This document shows, piece by piece, positions 1 through 9,500 of a stretch of DNA of 64,000 nt. The DNA comes from Candidatus Latescibacterota bacterium. GTDB taxonomy: Bacteria > Latescibacterota > UBA2968 > GCA-2709665. The notes beneath the pieces are model-generated. The model saw nothing but the letters and a program-made list of their open reading frames with translations. It was not told where the DNA came from and searched no databases. Both the position numbers and the translations under genes were made by a program. Each line of letters begins with the position of its first letter. The stretch's first letter is position 1. Where the stretch lies: NCBI GenBank assembly GCA_965237675.1, contig OZ250150.1:1760001-1824000 (forward strand), given 5' to 3'.

Positions 1-24
1 TTCTGGGACGGGACACGGAAGGCG

Positions 25-1026
25 ATGGCGGCGAATTCGGGAGGGACCGGAATGCACCGGATGATCCGGGTTTCCGAACGGGACGGATATAGCAGAAGAA
101 ACTTTCCGTGCACGGTAACGGTGGGCTTTGAGCCCGGCGAGTTCACCGCGGGCGGCCCGGCGAGAATGCTGGACGGCGGCGGCGAAGCGCGTCCCGTGCA
201 GGTGGACGGATTGGAGACCTGGGACGATGGCAGCGTGAGGACCGCGGAGGTCGCGTTTCCTGCCCGGCTCCCCGCCGGAGGGGAGGAGGTCCTCACGTTC
301 GAGTACGGACAGGGGACGCCGCCGCCGCCCCCGCCGCAGCCGAACCCAATCGGGGTTCGCGCGGGCAAGGACCTGATCGAGGTGCAGCAGGGACCGGTGA
401 TTTACCAGGTCCGACGATGGCGCTTCAACCTGGTGGAGAACGTGATTTTCGACGGCAGGGCGTTTCACGAGGCGGGAGCGCCCGGGCCGGCGCTCGTACT
501 CAAGGACGGCAGGATCCTGTTCCCCTCGGGCGAGGTCCGGATCGATATCCAGACGCGCGGTCCCCGGACGGCCCGTCTGAGGGTGGATGGAACCTACGGC
601 GGCGGATACGAGTTTGTCGCGTTTTTGACCTTTTACTCGGGGGTTTCCTGGTTCCGGGCCGAGCACGAGGTCGTGTCGGGCGATGTGTCGCAAATTGCGA
701 CAGTAGTCGTCGAAAGCAACTTCAGCCTGCCGGATGGGCCCCTGCATTCCGCGTTCGGCGCGAGACAGCGGGCCGACGGCGAGGGCACAAGCTGGGCCGT
801 GGTGACGGACAACGCGTCGACCGTGGACGTCGCGGCTGTCGGTGCATGGTCCGGGAAAGCCGCCGTACGCTACGAGGTGGAACCCAATGGGCGCTTCCGG
901 ACGATCTTCCCGTTCCCCGGGCAGCCCTGCATCCTGTACGTGCACTACCTGACAACCCCGCCGATGGACCATCACCATACGCCCGCAGCGGCTATGGCGA
1001 CGGACCTGGAGTGCCGGGTAATGTAG
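25..1026 (+). CDS. Hypothetical protein resembling the non-catalytic N-terminal beta domains (RIFT barrel/beta-sandwich) of YetA/exo-rhamnogalacturonan-lyase-like proteins
   Basis: 333-aa ORF with typical codon usage; motif 'PVQVDGLETWDDGSVRTAEVAF'; Pro-rich linker; directly upstream of an oxidoreductase. Start could be ATG at 52. Confidence 0.5.
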   Translation: MAANSGGTGMHRMIRVSERDGYSRRNFPCTVTVGFEPGEFTAGGPARMLDGGGEARPVQVDGLETWDDGSVRTAEVAFPARLPAGGEEVLTFEYGQGTPPPPPPQPNPIGVRAGKDLIEVQQGPVIYQVRRWRFNLVENVIFDGRAFHEAGAPGPALVLKDGRILFPSGEVRIDIQTRGPRTARLRVDGTYGGGYEFVAFLTFYSGVSWFRAEHEVVSGDVSQIATVVVESNFSLPDGPLHSAFGARQRADGEGTSWAVVTDNASTVDVAAVGAWSGKAAVRYEVEPNGRFRTIFPFPGQPCILYVHYLTTPPMDHHHTPAAAMATDLECRVM

Positions 1027-1046
1027 AATCCGAGGTGGGCGTAAAC

Positions 1047-2099
1047 GTGAAAAAAGCGACGTACCGCGTGGGAATCATCGGCTGCGGGCGCATGGCCAGT
1101 ACGATGGACGATGAGAAGCGCAGACAGCCGGGTCGGGTTCCCCAGCCCGGCGTTCTGGCGGGCGCCTATGGCCAGGTGGGCAGCACCGAGGTGGTGGCCG
1201 CCGCGGATATCAATGGCGAGAGGCTGGCCGATTTTTCGGCCAGGTGGGGCGTGCATCGCCTCTATGCCGATTATCGCGACATGCTGGAGGCGGAAGCCCT
1301 GGACATCGCCAGCGTGGCGACGCACGCGCACCTGCACGCCGAGATGACGGTGGCGGCCGCCGAAGCGGGCGTGAAGGCGGTCCTGTGCGAGAAAGCGATG
1401 GCGACCAGCCTGCCGGACGCGGACCGCATGATCGAAGCGTGCAGAAAAGCGGGAACCACGTTGTCTGTCCTTTACCACAACCGGTGGGACCCCCTGATGG
1501 TCCGCGTGAAAGAACTGGTTGCGGGGGGCACGATTGGTGAGTTGATCAGTATTGCCGGCAATATGGGCCCCGAACTGGTGCACGAGGCGACCCACATGTT
1601 CGACCTGATGCGGTTCTGGTCCGGCGAGGAGGCGGCGTGGGTGTTCGGCCAGTTGGACGGCGGGCGAAAGCCGCATGACGATCCGGGCGGCAGCGGTTAT
1701 ATCCAGTTTCAAAACGGGATGCACGCCTTCGTGAACGCGGTGGAAGGATCTCCGGTGGGATTCGAGTTCGATCTGGTAGGTACGATGGGGAGGATCCGGA
1801 TCGGCTACAACGTGGACGAACTCTGGACCTTGGAGGAAGGCGTCTATGAAGGTCGCGCCCTGGTGGGGCGGAAGATCCCACAGAACATCGAAGCCAGGAG
1901 CGGTGTTGTAAAGGCGATCGAGGAACTGGTAACTTGCATCGAGGAGGAAAAGGGGTCCTCCTGTACGGGCGAGGACGGGCGAAGTGCGCTGGAAATCGCA
2001 CTGGCGTTCCATATTTCCCACCGGGAGGGCGGAGTGAAAGTCGAACTGCCGCTGGACGATATCTCGTTGGCGGTGACCAACCCGAAATATTACAGTTGA
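1047..2099 (+). CDS. Gfo/Idh/MocA family NAD(P)-dependent oxidoreductase
   Basis: Rossmann motif 'VGIIGCGRM', 'CEKAMA', 'ATHMFDL'. Start placed at GTG 1047 behind GAGGTG; the ORF-track extension to 417 overlaps the previous gene. Confidence 0.9.
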   Translation: MKKATYRVGIIGCGRMASTMDDEKRRQPGRVPQPGVLAGAYGQVGSTEVVAAADINGERLADFSARWGVHRLYADYRDMLEAEALDIASVATHAHLHAEMTVAAAEAGVKAVLCEKAMATSLPDADRMIEACRKAGTTLSVLYHNRWDPLMVRVKELVAGGTIGELISIAGNMGPELVHEATHMFDLMRFWSGEEAAWVFGQLDGGRKPHDDPGGSGYIQFQNGMHAFVNAVEGSPVGFEFDLVGTMGRIRIGYNVDELWTLEEGVYEGRALVGRKIPQNIEARSGVVKAIEELVTCIEEEKGSSCTGEDGRSALEIALAFHISHREGGVKVELPLDDISLAVTNPKYYS

Positions 2100-2133
2100 C
2101 GAAAAGACCAGCGTACAGCTTCAGGATATCCGC

Positions 2134-2168
2134 TTGACACAGAAGTGGTATATACATACATTGTATGC
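2134..2168 (+). promoter_or_regulatory. Sigma70-type promoter of brnTA with overlapping palindromic operator (probably leaderless transcript)
   Basis: TTGACA (2134-2139), 17-nt spacer, TACATT (2157-2162), ATG at 2169; perfect inverted repeat CATACA-T-TGTATG (2155-2167) over the -10 box. Confidence 0.7.
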
Positions 2169-2462
2169 ATGGAAAGAATCCGGTTTGTATGGGATGGGCG
2201 AAAGGAAAGCGCGAACTTCAGGAAACATCGTGTCTCGTTCGAAGAAGCGCGTACGGCTTTCTATGACGAAAACGCGGTTCAATTCTTCGATCCCGACCAT
2301 TCTGAAGACGAGGACCGATTCCTGCTCCTGGGAATGAGTTTCAAACTGCGTGTGCTTGTTGTCTGCCATTGCTTTCGAGAGAGTGAAACGCTCGTACGCA
2401 TCATCTCGGCGAGAAAGGCTAACAAGACAGAAGAGTTTGGCTACTGGAGGAGAAGATCATGA
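2169..2462 (+). CDS. brnT: BrnT family toxin (type II TA ribonuclease)
   Basis: 'FVWDGRKESANFRKHRVSFEEA', 'EDRFLLLGMS', 'RIISARKA'; ATGA overlap with the antitoxin. Confidence 0.9.
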   Translation: MERIRFVWDGRKESANFRKHRVSFEEARTAFYDENAVQFFDPDHSEDEDRFLLLGMSFKLRVLVVCHCFRESETLVRIISARKANKTEEFGYWRRRS

Positions 2463-2677
2463 GAGACCATTATGAATTCTCAAAGATGAAGGGACGCAAG
2501 AATCCCTACATCAAGTACCTCAAGCAGCCGGTCACCATGCGGCTGGATCGGGACACGGTATCCTGGTTCAAGGCTATGGCGGAGGAAACAGGCATTCCGT
2601 ACCAGACCCTGATCAATCTTTACCTCCGGGATTGTGCTGTCCATGAACGAAAACTGCAAATGAAATGGGCTACGTAG
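2459..2677 (+). CDS. brnA: BrnA family antitoxin (C-terminal ribbon-helix-helix)
   Basis: 'KQPVTMRLDRDTVSWFK...GIPYQTLINLYLR'; coupled to brnT. Confidence 0.9.
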   Translation: MRDHYEFSKMKGRKNPYIKYLKQPVTMRLDRDTVSWFKAMAEETGIPYQTLINLYLRDCAVHERKLQMKWAT

Positions 2678-2743
2678 CGCCTCGCCTCTCACAAAAAGCA
2701 ATCAGCTTGAATCAAAAATCCAATCCGTTGACGTCAGCGCCGT

Positions 2744-2854
2744 GACCTCTCCCCCCGGCCCCCTCTCCCGCGGGGAGAGGGGGAGAAGATCTAGGTGTTC
2801 ATCAACCGATGACAGTTCCCCCCTTCCCCTCGGGAAGGGGGAAAGGGGGTAGGT
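2744..2854. repeat. REPIN-like element: two GC-rich hairpins in inverted orientation
   Basis: CCCCCTCTCCCGCGGGGAGAGGGGG and CCCCCTTCCCCTCGGGAAGGGGG hairpins bounded by GACCT...AGGTC. Confidence 0.65.
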
Positions 2855-3053
2855 CTCGCCTTATTGCGTGTCGCATCCTTCGTCCGCCCGGAACGCAGTT
2901 CCAAGACGCAGTAAGAGGTGAGCGGTCAGACGTAAGAAGGAGGGGCGATTCTATCTCACGGGAGGACATTGCGTTAATGAAGGGGCTTTTCCAGTGGATT
3001 CCCGAATGCGCCTGGCGATCGCATCTGCATGGTTGTTCGAAAGGAGTTACAGG

Positions 3054-5459
3054 ATGATGGGGATTCTGGTCATTATTGGAGCGGCGCTGCTGTTGATGGT
3101 GGCGTCACGGACGCAAGCATCCGGGCGCCCGGAGATTGATGAGACGCCCGCGAAGCCCGGCGAGTGGGGCTTTCGTCCCGCGGAAGGGGGTACGTCTCAG
3201 GTGACGCCCCCGGGGTTTTCCTGGCGGCCGCAGAAAGACGCCGCAAGTTACGACCTTCAGTGTGCGGGAGAACGCGGCTTCGAAGACCTGGCGTACGAGG
3301 CGACGGGGGTGACATTCAACGTTCACTGCCCACCCAGCACCCTCACGCCGGGCCGCTGGTTCTGGCGATTCCGCTTTACCGATCGGGCTGGAGAGACGTC
3401 CGAATGGAGCACGGTGAGGATGTTTACAATTGCAAAAGATGCAAACGCACATCCGCTGCCTTCGCGCGACGACCTCCTGGCGCGCATTCCTGCGGGCCAT
3501 CCGCGGCTGTTCGTGAGGCCGGAACAGGTGCCGGAACTGGGACGGCGCGCCAGAACGGACCTGGCGGTCAAATACGAGGAACTCGTGGCCGCCTCGGAGA
3601 AATTGCTCGAGAATCCGCCGCCCACCGAGGAGCCGCCGCTCTATCCCGAAGGCACGGTGCGGCTCAGTGAGGAGTGGCGCGCGATCTGGTGGCCGAACCG
3701 GGAGTATACGATCGCCGCCCTGAACGGCGCGGCGACGCTGGCTTTCACCCGGCTGTTGGGAGGGCGGGAGGAGTACGGCCAACTCGCCCGGGAATTGCTG
3801 ATGGCCTGCGCCGAGTGGGATCCGAAAGGGGCGACGGGATTTCGGTATAACGACGAGGCCGGGATGCCCTACGCGTACTATTTCTCCCGGACGTACAGCT
3901 ATCTCAACGATCTGCTGACGGAAGACGAACGGGAGCGGTGCCGCAGGATGATGACCGTTCGGGGAAGGGAAATGTACGGGCATCTCTACCCCCGGTTCCT
4001 GTGGCATCCGTACGGAAGCCACGATACCCGGTCATGGCATTTTCTGGGAGAGGTGGGCATTGCGTTTCTGGACGAGATCCCGGAGGCCGCGGACTGGGTG
4101 TGGTTTGCAGCGAACGTGTTCGCCAACACGTATCCGGTCTGGAGCGATGACGACGGTGGCTGGCACCAGGGCATGGGCTATTGGCGAAGCTACATCCAGC
4201 GATTTACCTGGTGGGCGGACATTATGCGGGAGGCAATGGGCATCGATGCCTTCGATAAGCCCTATTTCTCGAAGGTCGGCTATTATCCGATGTATCTCCA
4301 ACCGCCGGGTACGCGGGGCGGCGGTTTCGGGGATCTGACGGCCCACCTCGAATCCGGGCAGAATCGCGGCGTTATGGCCCTATTCGCTGCAATGGCACGG
4401 AATCCGTACTGGCAATGGTACGTTGAGGCGCACGGTGAGTTGCCTTCCGAGCCGGGGTATATCGGCTTTGTCCGGGGCGCGCTGCCCCGGGTGGAGGCGA
4501 AGCGGCCGGTCGACCTGCCGACGTCTCGCTGCTTCCGGGGTACCGGCCAGGCCGTGTTCAATACCGATCTGGAGGATGCCCGCAACAACGTGGAGGTGAT
4601 CTTCAAGAGCAGCCCGTTCGGGTCACACAGCCACGGGTACGAAGCCCAGAATTCGTTCCTGCTCTATGCCTTCGGAGAGCGGTTGCTGATTCGCACGGGG
4701 CGGCGCGACATCCACGGCAGCGCGCACCACAGACAATGGATGCACCATACGAAGTCGGTGAATAACATCACCGTCAACGGTGAGGGGCAGATACCGAACG
4801 CAAGCGAGGCCGTGGGCGAGATCCTGGATTTCCACACCTCGGAAACTTTCGACTATGTGGCGGGAGAGGCGGGCGGCGCCTACGCGGGCAAACTCGAACG
4901 GTTTACCCGTCGTATCATGTTCGTAAAACCCGATGCGATTCTCATCTTCGACACGCTGGTCGCGCCAGAACCCGCGAGCTTCGAGTGGCGGCTGCACGCG
5001 CCCGTGGAGATGGATGTCCTGAACCAGCGGGATGTAAGGGTCGTCAACGGTGGCGCGAGTTGCCAGGTATCGTTCCTTTATCCCCATTGGCTTGCGTTGA
5101 GCCAGACCGACCGGTTCGAACCGCCGCCACGGGCTCGCATCCAGCTTGTCGAGTATCACCTGACGGCAATACCCTCCTCGTCTGCCCGCGAACAGACGTT
5201 CGTGACGGTCCTCAGGCCGCATCGGTCCGGCGAGACGCTGAACGGCGAGGCCGAATTGGTGGAGATTGACGGCGGGTATGCGGTCACCCTTCCCTTGGCC
5301 GCCGGCCACGCGGCTGTGCTCTTGCAGCCGGCAGCGGGCCGGGTCCTGACGGGAGCGGGCATCACAACCGACGGCGAGGTCGGCGCCGCCAGGTTTGACG
5401 CTCGCGGCGAGGTGAAGGATACCTTTGTGGCGGCCGGAACGCTTATCGAAGCTCTTTGA
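3054..5459 (+). CDS. Secreted DUF4962 / heparinase II/III-like polysaccharide lyase
   Basis: Signal-peptide-like N-terminus after AAGGAG RBS; 'HPRLF', 'DGGWHQGMGYW', 'SSPFGSHSHGYEAQNSF', 'NNITVNGEGQ' typical of the heparinase II/III fold. Confidence 0.8.
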   Translation: MMGILVIIGAALLLMVASRTQASGRPEIDETPAKPGEWGFRPAEGGTSQVTPPGFSWRPQKDAASYDLQCAGERGFEDLAYEATGVTFNVHCPPSTLTPGRWFWRFRFTDRAGETSEWSTVRMFTIAKDANAHPLPSRDDLLARIPAGHPRLFVRPEQVPELGRRARTDLAVKYEELVAASEKLLENPPPTEEPPLYPEGTVRLSEEWRAIWWPNREYTIAALNGAATLAFTRLLGGREEYGQLARELLMACAEWDPKGATGFRYNDEAGMPYAYYFSRTYSYLNDLLTEDERERCRRMMTVRGREMYGHLYPRFLWHPYGSHDTRSWHFLGEVGIAFLDEIPEAADWVWFAANVFANTYPVWSDDDGGWHQGMGYWRSYIQRFTWWADIMREAMGIDAFDKPYFSKVGYYPMYLQPPGTRGGGFGDLTAHLESGQNRGVMALFAAMARNPYWQWYVEAHGELPSEPGYIGFVRGALPRVEAKRPVDLPTSRCFRGTGQAVFNTDLEDARNNVEVIFKSSPFGSHSHGYEAQNSFLLYAFGERLLIRTGRRDIHGSAHHRQWMHHTKSVNNITVNGEGQIPNASEAVGEILDFHTSETFDYVAGEAGGAYAGKLERFTRRIMFVKPDAILIFDTLVAPEPASFEWRLHAPVEMDVLNQRDVRVVNGGASCQVSFLYPHWLALSQTDRFEPPPRARIQLVEYHLTAIPSSSAREQTFVTVLRPHRSGETLNGEAELVEIDGGYAVTLPLAAGHAAVLLQPAAGRVLTGAGITTDGEVGAARFDARGEVKDTFVAAGTLIEAL

Positions 5460-5799
5460 CTACCATCGGTTTGAAAGGAAGCTGCCTTGCGTTTCAGTCG
5501 AGATTCTCGGATAATACCTTTGCGTATCCATCGTTTCCGTTCAGGTGCAGGTCGACCTGAATTCGAATAGATAAATCCGCACTATCAATTCTTCCTTTAC
5601 TCCTTTACCTTTTTGAAACATCTTCTTATAACCCGAGCCACCTGCCTCAGTGATCGACCGGCGATGATTTCCATTCTCCTGTGACTCCATTACCGGTCAC
5701 AAATGGAGAGCATTCTGCAACCGCAACAAGAAGACCAGACGCAACTGGTTTCGCCGAATGGTTCGTACGAAGTTTGAGCAATTTTGCTAAAGGATACGA

Positions 5800-6048
5800 A
5801 TGCCGCTCAACCTGTATCCGGACATCTATGCGTCCGGATCGTTGCCGCAGAATTGGATGCCCGACCGGGGAGGTACCCTCAAATATCCCGTACGTAACCG
5901 GGCAGTGCATCGTGAATTGCGGCGTGTGCGTCGCAGCAGGTGGAGAAAGGTCATCAGGCAGGGAAATCTCGGCGAAGCTCATTATTTCGAGCACGAATCC
6001 GGCAGCGTTGCCGGTGTCAAATACTATTCAAGCACGACAATGCCATGA
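5800..6048 (+). CDS. Small basic protein resembling a stand-alone polymorphic-toxin C-terminal domain
   Basis: 82 aa, AAAGGA RBS, 'RWRKVIRQG...EAHYFEHESGSVAGVK' motif; ATGA overlap with the downstream gene. Confidence 0.5.
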   Translation: MPLNLYPDIYASGSLPQNWMPDRGGTLKYPVRNRAVHRELRRVRRSRWRKVIRQGNLGEAHYFEHESGSVAGVKYYSSTTMP

Positions 6049-6422
6049 AGCAGACCTATCCATTTCGCATTGTGCTTTCAGACACGAGCCGTGACACTGG
6101 TGTGACAGACCAACTGGGATTCTTCGCACTTCTGAATCTGGGCATGGTGCAATCATTGGCCGCAGGGATTCTCAACGCAACAGAAGCAATTCAGCGCTTC
6201 TATCATGCGGATAACTGTCTCTACGTCCGAAAGCACCTTCGAAACCGACAGGCCAATGCGGTTATGAGCCACGGGATACAACTAACCGATCTTTTCGACA
6301 GTTTGCCGGCAGAAGAAGCGCAGCGCGAGTACCTTCACGAACTTGAGATGATGCGATCTCTATGTTTAAAGCTGCTGGAGAATGCGCGATCGCCCGACGT
6401 TGCCGATCGTGCGACTGTATAG
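6045..6422 (+). CDS. DUF3969-like alpha-helical protein (putative immunity/antitoxin)
   Basis: Start at ATG 6045 overlapping the upstream stop; 'LLNLGMVQSLAAGILNATEA...MSHGIQLTDLFDSLP...MRSLCLKLL' resembles DUF3969. Confidence 0.5.
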   Translation: MKQTYPFRIVLSDTSRDTGVTDQLGFFALLNLGMVQSLAAGILNATEAIQRFYHADNCLYVRKHLRNRQANAVMSHGIQLTDLFDSLPAEEAQREYLHELEMMRSLCLKLLENARSPDVADRATV

Positions 6423-6528
6423 GAATCGAACAGGACTCCCACCCGATTCTCGTCATGATGTGAACGAATTTTTCGCATTTCGATCTCCCCTGACAACCGA
6501 TGCTTGGGGAATCATTGAGGTGAAAACA

Positions 6529-9500
6529 ATGGCTGAAACAGGACGTCGCAGCGCGCGGAGACGGCGGCAGGAGTCTTACGATATCGAGATCGCGAACAAG
6601 GAGATCCCGACGCTGAAAGATCTCCATCTTGAAACGGACCTGTCGGGCGATGTGCTGGTGGCGGCGCCCGAAGGCCGGGCCGGAGAGAAGATCGGCGTGG
6701 CGATCGCGCAGGCCCTCGGCGGCGGGGCGGAAGTCCGTTCCGCATCGGAGATCGGCGAGAACGATTGGGAGGGCGCGCATATTGTCGCGGCGGGTAACGT
6801 ATTCACCAACGGGGCGATCCGGCGCCTGGGGATGAATTTCTACGCGTGGACGGACGAATATTACCCCGGTGGGGACGGGTACGAGGTAAGAACGGTCCAC
6901 AATCCCTTCGGGACGGGCCGCAACGCGGTTCTTTTGGGAGGAAGTACGCCCGAAGGGGTGGCGCGTGCGGTGGACCAATTCATCAAAATCCTCGAAGCGG
7001 AAGGACCGCGCATCGGAAGGATCAACCGGTCCGTGTCCCGCCAGAACCCGGAGTCGGCGCCCACGGACGCCGAAGCCCGGAGGATCATCGACACGGTGAA
7101 CGAACAGGTGGCGCTTTCCGGGAGCCAGGGCCCGTTGCGCCGCATGGTGGACCACGCGATGCTCTACTATCTGTCGGGCCAGGATGTCTGGGGCCGGATT
7201 TTCAGGGAGGAATTCCTGCATTTCATCGATCTGGCGCATGAGGCCGGAGACTGGTGCCTGTCGCAGGGGACGCATCTCTACTTCTGGATTTACCGCATGC
7301 TGACGGCCTGGGACGTGATGGAGGAGGGGGACGTGTTGAGCGACGGCGACCGGCTGAAGATGACGAACGCGATTTACAATATCATCCGGTGGACGTCCGA
7401 ACTGACCCACTTTCGATTCAAGTCCGTGGACGACGTGGTTCAGAACCAGAATCATCAGAGTTTCGCCGCGTTGAGTCTGTTTACCGGGGCGAGGTATTTC
7501 AAGAAGTATTACGGGCTCACGGATTTCGACGAAAAGCTGCCCCTGGCGCATCGGACCCTGGAACTGCATGCCCGGTCGTACAAGCCCAACGACAACGCGG
7601 GCACCGGGTACGTCTGGATTACGCCCGGACATCTGATCAAGTACGGCTTGATGACGGACGATCTTTCGTACCTGGAAGACGGTCATCTTGCCCGCCTGCT
7701 GGACAGCGCCGTGCTTACCATCGACAGCCGGGGCGACGACTGCTCGTATGGTGACGTCGGCGCCTACCGGGCAGCCCGGGCAAGCCGTCCCAGCGGATTG
7801 CAGACCGCGGCGGTCGGCGCGTGGTTCTACAACGACGGGCGCTACCGGTGGCTATACGATTGGTTGGAGCAGGGGCAGGAGTGGAAGGAGTCCTTCCGCC
7901 GGGACAGGAACTGGGGGATCGGCGGATGGGAGGTGTACGATGGATTTTTCTTCAAGGACGTGGCGCCGGTGGAGCCCTCGGAACTGCTGGGGGTTCGCGC
8001 GTCCATGCTGGACGGGGCCGCTCACGAATTTGCAACGGAACGGGCACGGAAAACGGGGCAATACCACGGCGATCCTCTGCCGGAATCGGACGTGCCCCTT
8101 GCGGAGGCGTTCGACAAGCTGGCGTTCCGACGCAGCTTCGACAGGCGCAGTGAGTATCTTCTGATCGACGGGCCGACGGGTTTTTCTCATTCCCAGGAGG
8201 ATGGCAATTCGATCATCCGCCTGTGCTGGAACGATCGGATCTGGCTGGCGGATCTGGACTACATCCGCCGGCTGGCGAGATATCACAACACGGTAGTGAT
8301 CGTGAAGGACGGGACGTGTGTTCCCAAGCCGGGCCAGGTGGCGCTCAGGGCGATCGGTGATTTCGAGAACTGGGGGTACAGCCGGACGGTGTCGCCCGGG
8401 GACAATGGAACGGACTGGGCGCGTAGTATCTTCTGGCGAAAGGGTTCCTATTTTCTGGTGATCGATACTGTAGACGCGCTCGAGGACGGAGACTTTTTTC
8501 TGGACGCCATCTGGCGGGTGCTGGGGCAGGTGGAGGCGGATGGAAACGCGTTGCGCCTCGAGCAGGACGGGGAACGGTTCCACATTGTGAATGCGGACGA
8601 CTCCGAGAAATCGTTGACGGACCGTGAGGCGGACTTCGCGCCGGACTGGGAAAGCAACTGGGAGAATTACGAGCACGCGGACGGGACGGTGCGGATGTGG
8701 CATCAGAAGAAGCGCCTCGCCATGAACGTCGGCGAGCAGACAACCTTTGTCAATCTCCTGTATCCGTCGAATTCGGAGATGGATCAGGAGTTTGCCCTGG
8801 AGCGGGTGGGTCCGTCCGTTGCGATGGTCCGGGATAAACGGTCCGACGAGGTGGTGTTGGCCGGGGCAGGGACGTTCAGTTCGGGCGACCTGGAGGTGGA
8901 AGCGAAGCTGTTCCGGATCGACGGAGACGGGTTTGCCCTCGTGGAGGGCACCACACTATCGTGGGAAGGACCGTTGTTCCGGAGTTGGGCGCCCGTGTCG
9001 GTGGAGATGGATCTGGCCAGCGGCGTGGGGGTTGTCGAGACCCGTACCGAGACCCGAATAGGTATCCGCGCCGACGCCGTGCATCTGAACGGCGAACGGA
9101 TTTCCGGTGGCGGCGAAGGAAAACTGCGCTGGTTCACGCTGTCGGCCGGCAGGCACGACCTTGAGGTCTTGCCCCGCGCACCCGGGACGTTCGACCGGGC
9201 GTTGCGGAAGGCGCCGTCCTACCGTGAAGGCTCCGTGTCCATTGGCGTGGCGCCCGTCTCCCGAGCCGGGCTGGAGCCCGCGTGGTCGTTCGACGCTGGA
9301 GCGTGCGTAACGGCCGTTGCGTCGGATGGATCGGGCCGGACGCTGGCGGGTACGGTCAACGGGGACGTTCACCTCCTTGGCGCTGACGGCGCCGAGGCGT
9401 GGTCGTTCGAGGCGGGGGGCGAAGTCCGTGCCGTGCACCTGGCGGATATCGACGGGGACGGCGCGCCGGAGGCAATTGTCGGAACGCGGGATTGCCGGCT

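Noticed and set aside
417-1046. Long N-terminal extensions in the ORF track (also 2994, 6382, 16386, 21391, 30909, 41318, 62065)
   Set aside because: They overlap upstream genes or repeats; downstream starts have an RBS and coincide with domain beginnings.
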